NCBI GenBank assembly: GCA_947460245.1
Contig: CANHGL010000003.1
Location: 15,968 to 79,967, forward strand
Direction of reading: 5' to 3'
Length of the DNA stretch: 64,000 nt
DNA from: Sphingobacteriales bacterium
GTDB lineage: Bacteria > Bacteroidota > Bacteroidia > Chitinophagales > JADIYW01
Shown piece by piece: positions 29,026-37,909 of this stretch (positions are counted from its first letter, which is position 1; every line of letters starts with the position of its first letter). Under the pieces are notes generated by a model, which was given only the letters and a program-made list of their open reading frames with translations, made no database searches and was not told the DNA's origin. The translations under genes and the position numbers were made by a program.

Positions 29026-32000
29026 TGCATAAATCATTTTTTTTTGCAAGTTTGCTGTGTCTGATTTGTCAGCTTTCCTTGGCACAATATCCAAAGGAGT
29101 TTCCAAATGATAATACAGGATTTGGCAAAGCATATGCGGAGCTTTTAAAAACATGTACACGTGATGATTGTAAAGAGATATCTGATAAATTCCCGACAAT
29201 AATTACTTCTGGAAAAGCTTCAATTTATTTTTTTAAGATAAAAGGGATTTCGCAGTCCATGCTGTTAAAGAAGGCATCAGCATATCCAATATTTTTACAA
29301 TTTGCTTCCTTATTGACTACACTGGATGTTACTAAAGTTAATGCTACCTCTATTGATAAAAATTTTGATATTCTTCAGTTGTTGATTGATAAATCAAAAC
29401 AAGGCAATCTAAAGGAGTTTACAACCTATCTAAACTACCTCACTAATTTATACACACAGAATGCTGTTTATTATACAAATACTAATGCGTGGAAGGCTAC
29501 AGGTGATTTTTCAGTAGATCTGATGGATGATAAGCCAGTATATAGCTTTTCCAAGACGGATTTAATAGGCATGTCAACGGTAGATACATTGACAATAAAA
29601 GATGCAAGTGGCAAATACTATCCTTTAGAAAATTTATGGGTAGGTTCTAAAGGCAGTATTTCTCTACAGCGCAATGGATTTGATGCAATAAATAACTTTG
29701 TAAATTTCGGAAATCATCAGATAGATTTTTCTAAGTCGGATATAAATATAGACTCTGCCAACTTTACTTTTAAGCCGGTGTTGTCTAAGCCTATATTAGG
29801 GGTGTATACGGATAAATTATTGCAAGCTAAATCGCAAGAAAGATTATATCCAAAATTTCGTTCCTACAGTAATGATATAGATTTTAATACTTTAGGAAAA
29901 GAGGTGAAATTTAGTGGAGGCTTTCAGTTGGAGAGCACTAATATTTATGGTGTTGGATCTGACACTGCGCTGGCAAAATTATCCTTATCCGGAAGGGATG
30001 GAAAGGAATTAGTACGTGTTTCGGCAAATAGAATTCAAATTAAAGATTTTAAAGATATTAATATAGAGGATGCCAGTCTTATGATATTCCTGGAGGATAA
30101 TACTATTTCACATCCATATGTAAATTTTACCTATACTTCAAAAACAAAGGATGTCAAAGTGTATAGAGATGTAAAGCCATTATCTAAGCAACCTTTTACT
30201 AGTGAGTATCATAAAATGTTCTTGTACATAGATGAGTTGAAATGGAATCTTGATAGTACGGTTATAAAATTTAGTATGATTACGCTTTCCGGTGATAGAC
30301 CGGCTATTATTGAATCGTTCAACTATTATCAACCCAATCTGGAGAATAAATATAAAGGAACTTTTGAGCAAGGTCCAATTGATAAAATTTACAGAACTAT
30401 TGAAGGCGGTAGTAGTCGCTACGTAGATGCCGTAGCTCTGGCATTAGATATTAATCCAGGAGCACCTTTTATTGCTACTCAGCCTGTATTCTTCCGTTTG
30501 ATGGAGGATGGTTATATAAGCTATGATCCAAAACTAAAAAATATTGAAGTCAAGGATAAATTAATTAATCAGGCATTAGCAGCACGTGGTAAACAGGATT
30601 ATGATTTTATAAAGTTTGCTTCTTTTAAAAGAGTTTTGAATGCGAAGATGGATATCCGGACAAATATTCTGGAGATATATGGTGTCGAAGAAATTAATAT
30701 GAGTACAAAGTCAGGAGTGAAGTTTATTCCAATTAATGATACGGTTAGGATTGGTAAAAACAGAGTGATGACTCTGGGTGGTAAGATTCAGGTGGGTAAA
30801 TTTGATTTTGTAGCCAAGCAGGTAGACTTTGATTATGATAGTTATTCCTTCAACATGAAGAATGTTGATTCTATGGTAATTTACGTTCCGGAGGGAGATG
30901 GTAAGCCAAATGAAAGAGGTGAGGTTAAGTTAATTAGATCTAAAACACCTTTACAAAATATTACGGGCTCACTACATATTGCAGCACCGGATAATAAATC
31001 GGGCACCAATAATGATAAGAAATATCCATACTTTACTAGTGGAGATACGGCCAAGGTAGCTTATGATAAAGGTCCTAATGGAGATAAATACAATAAAGAT
31101 AAATTCTACTATCAAGTCTATCCCTTTGAGTTGGATAGTCTAGGTGAAATTAACACAGAGAATTTGCAGTTAGACGGTCAGTTGATTTCTGGCGGTATAT
31201 TTGAGCCAATCAAGTCTGGACTACAACTTCAGGGTGATAAATCTTTTGGGTTGAGCCTGGAAACTGATGCTGATGGGTTTAATCTCTTTGGCAATAAAGG
31301 AAAATATACGGCTTCCCTTAAGTTAGATGGTAGCGGACTGACAGGGAAGGGTTTTTTTGAATTTGGTTCAGCTATGTTATATGCGGATACAACTTTCTTC
31401 TTTCTGGATAGCGTGTATTCGCAATTGGATAGTGTCCGTATACTAGAGAGTAAATCTTTCGATTTACCACAAACCAATATCAATCAATCTTCTTTTATTT
31501 GGAATGTTCCAAAAGATTCATTGGTCATATCACCCGGTAAAGAAGAGAAGTTTAGTATGTATAATAGTACTATTGACTTTGATGGGAAATTAATACTGAA
31601 TAATAAACATCTCAATGGATTTGGAATGCTTTCCTTAAATCATACCAAGCTGGAGTCTAAGGATATAAGATTTAATGCAACAGAATTTGAGGCGAAAAAT
31701 TGTAAGTTGAATCTTTCAACAGATGATGGGCAACCTTTATTGGCTTCTAATGATGTTAATGCAATATTTAATTTAGAGAAGAAGTTGGCAGATATAGAGT
31801 TTAATAAAAACGATACTATTCCTCTGCAGTCGTTTAATTATTTGGCTAATCCTAAATTCCTACACTTTGACATTTCGAATAATATACTTACACTAAATGC
31901 AGCTTCAGCTGGAGTAAAATTCTTCCTGCTCTCTACGGATCCCCTTAAGGATTCATTGAAGTTTGTTACTGCTGAAGCGCTATTGAATCTTAAAGAAAAA

Positions 32001-34175
32001 TCGATACAGTTTGCAGGTATTAATGAGTTATTACTGGCAGACTCCAAAATTATACCTGATAGCGGACAAATTTTCATTGACGAGAACGGAGCAGTAAGAC
32101 CATTGAAAAATGCCTTAATTATATTTAATGCAGATAGCTCTTTTCATACAGTAAGAGATGCTGAAGTGACTATAGAAGGCAGAAATCAATTTATCGGAAC
32201 TGGAAATTATTATTTTAAAATGAATAATGGGACTATAGAGAAAGTGCCTATTGCAGAGATTAGTGTCAATAATCCATATAAAGGAATTCCGCTTACAGAT
32301 AATAAGAAAGGCAAGAAGCCTTCAGAACAAAGAGACTGGAGTAAAGTATATACTATTGCTAAAACTTCTATTGAAGAGGATGCAAATTTCAAGTTGGATA
32401 ATAAGATTTTTTATAAAGGAAAATTTGATTTTGATTCCAAGCATAAAGATATCTTCCTCGATGGTTCAGTTAAAATTGAAATTGCTAATAATACAAGTGA
32501 CTGGATTGCTAATGTGCAATTGTTAGATCCCAAGAATCCATCGGTTAATATAGATAGTATCCTCAGTAAAGCGAATAATAGTCTTTTTGTTGGCCTGATG
32601 TTAGATAAAAGTAACCTTGAATTTTATTCTGTAATTCTTCAGGATAAACATAATGCAGATGATGCGGAGATTATGAATATAAAGAGTTCTCTAACTTTTA
32701 GCAAAACGGAGGAGAATACAGTTGTATTTGGAGATGAGAATGCTTTTAGAACTCAATATGCGCGCACTTCTTGTCTGAAGTATAATGAAACAACAAAGGG
32801 GATGCAAGCTGTTGGAGAGATTGGAATGGGTTTTAATATGGGGCCTTGTAAGGTTACTACAGTGGGGAGTTTTTCTTTCAGACCTGATCAACAGAAATTA
32901 GAAATTAATGCTGACTTAGCGATTAAATTCTTTATGCAACCTGCGATAGCAAGTATAATTATGAATCAGTTTTCATCAGCTGCTGCTATTGCTGATTTTT
33001 CATCCTATAAGCGTAATAAGGTAATTCAAAGGACATTGTCTGTGTTGACGAAAGATACAGTAGAGTCAAATAGATTGATTGCAGAGATTTATACCTCTGA
33101 TAATATGTTTGTTCCTGCAAGTCTGGATTATAACCTTCTCATAACTGGTACTAAGTTTCTGTGGGATTCAATAGAAGCATCCTTCAAGAGTATGGAGCCC
33201 GTAAGTCTCGCTATTTTTGGCGGGGAGGTAGTGCAACGTCAATACGATGCTTATATAGAGATGGGGTATGGTAATGAAACAGATTTTATTAATGTTTATC
33301 TGCAAAATAAAAATAAGGATTGGTTATTCTTTAAGATTAAAGGTGACCAGATGGGTATTGCATCTTCCAATGTAGATTTGCAAAATACAATTACACTTTT
33401 TAAAGATGCGGAACGTGTTTATAAAGAAGGTAAAAATAAAGTCTTTGAGTTCATGCCTGTTGATAATATGATGCGAGATGATTTTGTGACACGAATGGAG
33501 GATTTTAGATGGAGATGGAATACAGGGTTAGATAGCAGTAAGTCTATAAAATCAATTATTGACAATACGATAATAAATAAGACAGAGGATACGTTACCTG
33601 AAATTCAACAGCCTTCCAATCCTACTGAAGAATCTCCCGTTGATGTTTCCACTGAGTTTAAACAAAAACCAAAGAAGAGATTTTCGCTTGTGCCTGAATC
33701 GATGCAGACTCCGATAGATACTCTTAAGGGCACGGAAGAGCAGGATGTAGCTGTAGATTCAATTGTCATATCAACTCCTATGCTTGATTCATTGGCTGAT
33801 TCGGGAGTAGAAGTATCAAAGTCATCAAAAGATTCCATTCCAGAGGAGATAAAGAAAGAAGAGGAAATCAATATACCTGTCGTAATAAGTTCTACTCAGG
33901 ATTCATTGTTTAAGTCGGAAGTAAAAGTAACTGAGCCTGCAAAGGATTCGATACCCCAAGTGGAAAATAATACGCTAATTATAGATTCATCTGTGGCTCC
34001 AGTTACTAAGCAAGATACTATTGTCACTCCTGAGTTAAATTCAGCATCGGAACAGTCTCGGGATACACTACAAGGTCAGAAGTCCGATACAAGTGATGGT
34101 GTTCAATCTTTCGATCCTAAGGATATTAATAGTTCTGATCCGAAGCCGAAAAAATCCAAGAAGAAAACCAAGTAG
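29025..34175 (+). CDS. Very large secreted beta-strand-rich hypothetical protein with a low-complexity acidic tail
   Basis: 1716-aa ORF, Sec signal, TAATG overlap with prmA stop. Confidence 0.85.
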   Translation: MHKSFFFASLLCLICQLSLAQYPKEFPNDNTGFGKAYAELLKTCTRDDCKEISDKFPTIITSGKASIYFFKIKGISQSMLLKKASAYPIFLQFASLLTTLDVTKVNATSIDKNFDILQLLIDKSKQGNLKEFTTYLNYLTNLYTQNAVYYTNTNAWKATGDFSVDLMDDKPVYSFSKTDLIGMSTVDTLTIKDASGKYYPLENLWVGSKGSISLQRNGFDAINNFVNFGNHQIDFSKSDINIDSANFTFKPVLSKPILGVYTDKLLQAKSQERLYPKFRSYSNDIDFNTLGKEVKFSGGFQLESTNIYGVGSDTALAKLSLSGRDGKELVRVSANRIQIKDFKDINIEDASLMIFLEDNTISHPYVNFTYTSKTKDVKVYRDVKPLSKQPFTSEYHKMFLYIDELKWNLDSTVIKFSMITLSGDRPAIIESFNYYQPNLENKYKGTFEQGPIDKIYRTIEGGSSRYVDAVALALDINPGAPFIATQPVFFRLMEDGYISYDPKLKNIEVKDKLINQALAARGKQDYDFIKFASFKRVLNAKMDIRTNILEIYGVEEINMSTKSGVKFIPINDTVRIGKNRVMTLGGKIQVGKFDFVAKQVDFDYDSYSFNMKNVDSMVIYVPEGDGKPNERGEVKLIRSKTPLQNITGSLHIAAPDNKSGTNNDKKYPYFTSGDTAKVAYDKGPNGDKYNKDKFYYQVYPFELDSLGEINTENLQLDGQLISGGIFEPIKSGLQLQGDKSFGLSLETDADGFNLFGNKGKYTASLKLDGSGLTGKGFFEFGSAMLYADTTFFFLDSVYSQLDSVRILESKSFDLPQTNINQSSFIWNVPKDSLVISPGKEEKFSMYNSTIDFDGKLILNNKHLNGFGMLSLNHTKLESKDIRFNATEFEAKNCKLNLSTDDGQPLLASNDVNAIFNLEKKLADIEFNKNDTIPLQSFNYLANPKFLHFDISNNILTLNAASAGVKFFLLSTDPLKDSLKFVTAEALLNLKEKSIQFAGINELLLADSKIIPDSGQIFIDENGAVRPLKNALIIFNADSSFHTVRDAEVTIEGRNQFIGTGNYYFKMNNGTIEKVPIAEISVNNPYKGIPLTDNKKGKKPSEQRDWSKVYTIAKTSIEEDANFKLDNKIFYKGKFDFDSKHKDIFLDGSVKIEIANNTSDWIANVQLLDPKNPSVNIDSILSKANNSLFVGLMLDKSNLEFYSVILQDKHNADDAEIMNIKSSLTFSKTEENTVVFGDENAFRTQYARTSCLKYNETTKGMQAVGEIGMGFNMGPCKVTTVGSFSFRPDQQKLEINADLAIKFFMQPAIASIIMNQFSSAAAIADFSSYKRNKVIQRTLSVLTKDTVESNRLIAEIYTSDNMFVPASLDYNLLITGTKFLWDSIEASFKSMEPVSLAIFGGEVVQRQYDAYIEMGYGNETDFINVYLQNKNKDWLFFKIKGDQMGIASSNVDLQNTITLFKDAERVYKEGKNKVFEFMPVDNMMRDDFVTRMEDFRWRWNTGLDSSKSIKSIIDNTIINKTEDTLPEIQQPSNPTEESPVDVSTEFKQKPKKRFSLVPESMQTPIDTLKGTEEQDVAVDSIVISTPMLDSLADSGVEVSKSSKDSIPEEIKKEEEINIPVVISSTQDSLFKSEVKVTEPAKDSIPQVENNTLIIDSSVAPVTKQDTIVTPELNSASEQSRDTLQGQKSDTSDGVQSFDPKDINSSDPKPKKSKKKTK

Positions 34176-34840
34176 TGCAGGTGGTTAGTGTATTCAAAAA
34201 AATAGCTAGTTATCTCTTTGATCTTACCTTAGAAAAGAGAAAAAGTGATTTGAGTGGCGAGCTTACGGTTTCTATTCACAAAGGTCAGTACAAGTTATCT
34301 ACGCAAGATGCAATCTATTCTTTTGGTAATGAATACACCTCTTTTTCAACTGTCTTTAAGGCTTTACATATTGAAAAGAGAACAACTGAAAAGGTTCTGA
34401 TTCTGGGTTTTGGTTTAGGCAGTATAGTAGATTTATTGAGGAATAATACTTCGATAAAAAATATTACTGCATTAGATGCAGATAAGGTAGTTATTGAATT
34501 AGCAAAGAAATACCTTAATCCAGCACTTCAGGAAAAAGTAGAATTTCGTTGTACGGATGCATTGTATTTTACACAAAACTGCATAGATGCATTTGATTTG
34601 GTGGTTTTTGATGTTTTTATAGAGGATAAAACACCTGTTCAGTTTATGCAGCAAGAGTTTCTTTTCCTGCTAAAAAATCTAGTTAAACATAATGGATTAT
34701 TGCTCTACTCAAAGATGGAAGATTCGCTCCATAGCAAAATTGAGAATTATCAGTTTTCCAAAAGTTTTTCATCAATTTTTGCAGATGCCTATACTATAAC
34801 AACTGAAGGAAACAGGGTGTATGTGTGGAACAATAAATAG
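34175..34840 (+). CDS. SAM-dependent methyltransferase, spermidine synthase-like
   Basis: VLILGFGLGS, FDLVVFDVF; GTG start overlapping the upstream TAG. Confidence 0.8.
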   Translation: MQVVSVFKKIASYLFDLTLEKRKSDLSGELTVSIHKGQYKLSTQDAIYSFGNEYTSFSTVFKALHIEKRTTEKVLILGFGLGSIVDLLRNNTSIKNITALDADKVVIELAKKYLNPALQEKVEFRCTDALYFTQNCIDAFDLVVFDVFIEDKTPVQFMQQEFLFLLKNLVKHNGLLLYSKMEDSLHSKIENYQFSKSFSSIFADAYTITTEGNRVYVWNNK

Positions 34841-34841
34841 T

Positions 34842-35606
34842 TTATTTCCTTCTGAATTCACGACGATGGAGATAAGGGGTTAGCGTGCCTACCAATGCAC
34901 CTACAGCATACCCTGTAATTACATCTGTCCAGTAATGTTTTCCAGCTTTATACCTTGTTATTGCGGTTAATGCAGGAAGAATAGCTGCACCTGTCCATAT
35001 CAGTGGTTTCCATCTTGAATCAGGATGATAATCGGAATAGACCATTGCTATAAAAAAAGTACTGGCTGCGGTAATACTGGTATGGCCGGAAAAAAAAGAA
35101 GAGGTTGCATTCTTACTGGCATCTGTACCGTTACAATTATTTTTAAATTCTTCTGTGTAAACGTACGGTCTATTTCTATGTGATAGCTCTTTGGTAAATA
35201 ATGTCAGAGCAGTTGTTAATGCTGCGGTCTCTGCCCATATGGGCATTACAGTAGCCCAATCCTTCCGTATGTTTTTATCTATGAATAGTAAGGCAGGACT
35301 GGCCATAGCAGTATATTGAAAGACATCACTGGCTATGGCAGCGGCTTTAGAATGCTGATATACAGCACCTCGGTCAAAGACATTGATATCATTGGCATTT
35401 AGCTCTTTCACAGCCGCACAGCTTAAAGCACTTTTCTTTTTGTGTAGTATCAGGCTGCTAGCACCTGTTCCGAGCGAAATAAGACCTATTGGAATATCTA
35501 GCCCAAGTTTATACCTGTATACACTTTTCCGTTTTAAGGAATCCTGGGCATGTGTTTCTGTCAATAAAAACAATGCTATCAGAATTAGAATAATTTTTTT
35601 AAGCAT
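34842..35606 (-). CDS. PAP2 family phosphatase
   Basis: KELSHRNRP, SFFSGH, RYKAGKHYWTDV. Confidence 0.92.
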   Translation of the reverse strand: MLKKIILILIALFLLTETHAQDSLKRKSVYRYKLGLDIPIGLISLGTGASSLILHKKKSALSCAAVKELNANDINVFDRGAVYQHSKAAAIASDVFQYTAMASPALLFIDKNIRKDWATVMPIWAETAALTTALTLFTKELSHRNRPYVYTEEFKNNCNGTDASKNATSSFFSGHTSITAASTFFIAMVYSDYHPDSRWKPLIWTGAAILPALTAITRYKAGKHYWTDVITGYAVGALVGTLTPYLHRREFRRK

Positions 35607-35670
35607 GGTATAAATGTATTATAAATTTTTATGGAATAGGGGTTGGTGTATAATTAAAAAAAGAAAAATT

Positions 35671-36270
35671 TTAGCTGCAAATAACAATCTTTTTAGATTC
35701 AAAGAAATCTTCTTCAAAGAAATCTTTCAATGCTATTAGACGAATATTCTTTTGAACAACAGACAGTTCATCTTTTAAGTCGCCGCCCTTTAAAGCGATT
35801 ATTTTTTTAGCATTTTTATTTTTACTCCAATACAATAGGTCAGCAGTCTTTGCAACAGCTCTTGTTACGATATAGTCAAAGTCTTCTTTTAGATTTTCTG
35901 CTCTTACAACTTGGGTTTGTACATTCTTTAAATCTAATTCTTTAACTACCTCATTCACTACTTGTATTTTTTTTCCTATTGAATCAATGAGTGTAAATTC
36001 TGCCTCAGGAAAAAGGATAGCAAGTGGAATACCTGGGAATCCACCACCTGTTCCAATATCCAAGATTTTTGCCCCTTTTTCAAAGGAAATTACTTTTGCA
36101 ATTGATAGGGAATGTAGAACATGACGTTCATAAAAATTAGCGGTATCTTTTCTGGAAATCACGTTAATCTTTTCGTTCCAGGTCGCATATATTGGGAGTA
36201 GCTGTTTTATTTGCTGGAATTGTGTTTCTTTTATTTCAGGGAAATATTTTTTAATGATATCTATTTCCAT
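35671..36270 (-). CDS. rsmG: 16S rRNA m7G527 methyltransferase
   Basis: WNEKINVISR, HVLHSL, DIGTGGGFPGIPL, TRAV, LKG. Confidence 0.97.
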   Translation of the reverse strand: MEIDIIKKYFPEIKETQFQQIKQLLPIYATWNEKINVISRKDTANFYERHVLHSLSIAKVISFEKGAKILDIGTGGGFPGIPLAILFPEAEFTLIDSIGKKIQVVNEVVKELDLKNVQTQVVRAENLKEDFDYIVTRAVAKTADLLYWSKNKNAKKIIALKGGDLKDELSVVQKNIRLIALKDFFEEDFFESKKIVICS

Positions 36271-36529
36271 AAAGCTTTTGGTGTATTCAGGTCTGATAAA
36301 AATTGAACACCCAAAATAGATAAAATGATGCTTACATTTTTGATAGATTTTGCAATCTTTTTACAATTATTCTGAAAACGCAAAGAAATGTTAAGTCAAC
36401 ATTAAATTCTTCCCTTAGGTGCTCTTTGGCTATATTTAAAATATAGATTATCAAATACTTGTATTTTATTTAAATTCATTCTAAATAGCAGAATTATCCA
36501 CAACAAGTACTAGCTAAAAGTACGAATAC

Positions 36530-36537
36530 TATATTTG
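36530..36537 (+). promoter_or_regulatory. -7 promoter element of the act/cox operon
   Basis: TATATTTG followed by CAAC, 25 nt upstream of the actA ATG. Confidence 0.65.
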
Positions 36538-36562
36538 CAACCGAGAAAAAATAAGTCACAGA

Positions 36563-37849
36563 ATGCATTCTTGTAAATCAATCAGAGGTATCCTCACATT
36601 AATAGCACTTTTTTTATCACTAACTCTTTCTACCAATTCTTATTCTGCTGTTGCTGTTCCTGATGTAAACCCATCAGATGCTGCTGCTATAGATAAGGCT
36701 AAACAGGGTATGGAATTGTTCAAAGCGAACTGTACTTCGTGTCACGCTGTAGATAAGAAAGTTGTAGGTCCTGCTTTGGCGGGCGTTTGGGATAGATGGG
36801 AAAATTCAGCAGATATTATAGCCTGGGTAAAGAACTCACAGAAACTTATAGCAAGTGGACATCCTTATGCGAATAAGATCTTTAATGAGTACAATAAGTC
36901 AGTGATGTCTGCATTTCCTCAGTTGTCTGACGATCAGATTATAAATATCCTTACCTATGTAAAGGCTAAATCTGCAGGTGTTGCTTTGCCTTTTGAAGCA
37001 GCTCCGGCGCCTGCAGCTGGTACTGCTCCGGCTACAAGCGATAAGGGTTCATCAGATTGGTATGTCTACATGCTCATATCATTCCTCTTGGTTTTAGCAT
37101 TATTACTCTTTAATGTAACCTCTAAGTTAGATAAGGTTATCAGAGAAAAGGCAGGTGAAAAGGTAGAGGATGTTTCTTTAGATAAGAAAATATTTAACAG
37201 GAAAACATTTAAGGTGTTGCTTTTAATTGGTTCGATACTTTTAGTATTTAACATATTTAACGGTGCGATAGATTTAGGTCGTTCACAAGGCTATGAGCCT
37301 GATCAACCTATTAAATTCTCTCATGCTTTACACGTTGGTCAGAATAAGATTGAATGTCAGTATTGCCATACAGCTGTAGAGAAGAGTCGTCATGCTAGCA
37401 TACCGGGTACACAGATTTGTATGAATTGTCATAAATATGTTCAACAAGGACCAAAATACGGCAAGGATGAAATCAGTAAGATTTATAGCTATGCCGGATG
37501 GGATCCTGATCAGCAGAAGTTTGTTAAAGCCCCTAAAAACATTGAGTGGGTTAAGATTCATAACCTTCCTGATCATGTTTATTTTAACCACTCTCAACAC
37601 GTAAAGGTAGGAGGTGTTAAGTGTCAGACCTGCCACGGAAAGGTTGAAGAATATGAAGTGATGAAGCAATTTGCTCCTCTTTCTATGGGATGGTGTATAA
37701 ACTGTCACAGACAAACAGAAGTGAAGTTTTCAGAAAATAAGTATTACTCTGTTTTCCAAAAATATCAGCAAGAGCTGAAGAAAGGAACTAAGGCAAAGGT
37801 TACTGTTGAGGATATTGGTGGTACAGAGTGTCAAAAATGTCACTATTAA
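36563..37849 (+). CDS. actA: Alternative complex III multiheme cytochrome c (1 + 5 hemes)
   Basis: Six CxxCH motifs (CTSCH, CQYCH, CMNCH, CQTCH, CINCH, CQKCH); QPIKFSH, LPDHVYFNHSQH. Confidence 0.95.
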   Translation: MHSCKSIRGILTLIALFLSLTLSTNSYSAVAVPDVNPSDAAAIDKAKQGMELFKANCTSCHAVDKKVVGPALAGVWDRWENSADIIAWVKNSQKLIASGHPYANKIFNEYNKSVMSAFPQLSDDQIINILTYVKAKSAGVALPFEAAPAPAAGTAPATSDKGSSDWYVYMLISFLLVLALLLFNVTSKLDKVIREKAGEKVEDVSLDKKIFNRKTFKVLLLIGSILLVFNIFNGAIDLGRSQGYEPDQPIKFSHALHVGQNKIECQYCHTAVEKSRHASIPGTQICMNCHKYVQQGPKYGKDEISKIYSYAGWDPDQQKFVKAPKNIEWVKIHNLPDHVYFNHSQHVKVGGVKCQTCHGKVEEYEVMKQFAPLSMGWCINCHRQTEVKFSENKYYSVFQKYQQELKKGTKAKVTVEDIGGTECQKCHY

Positions 37850-37909
37850 TAAAGATTTACGCAAGAAGCGTTATTGAGATAGAAAAGTAAAAACGTTAAC
37901 ATTATATAA

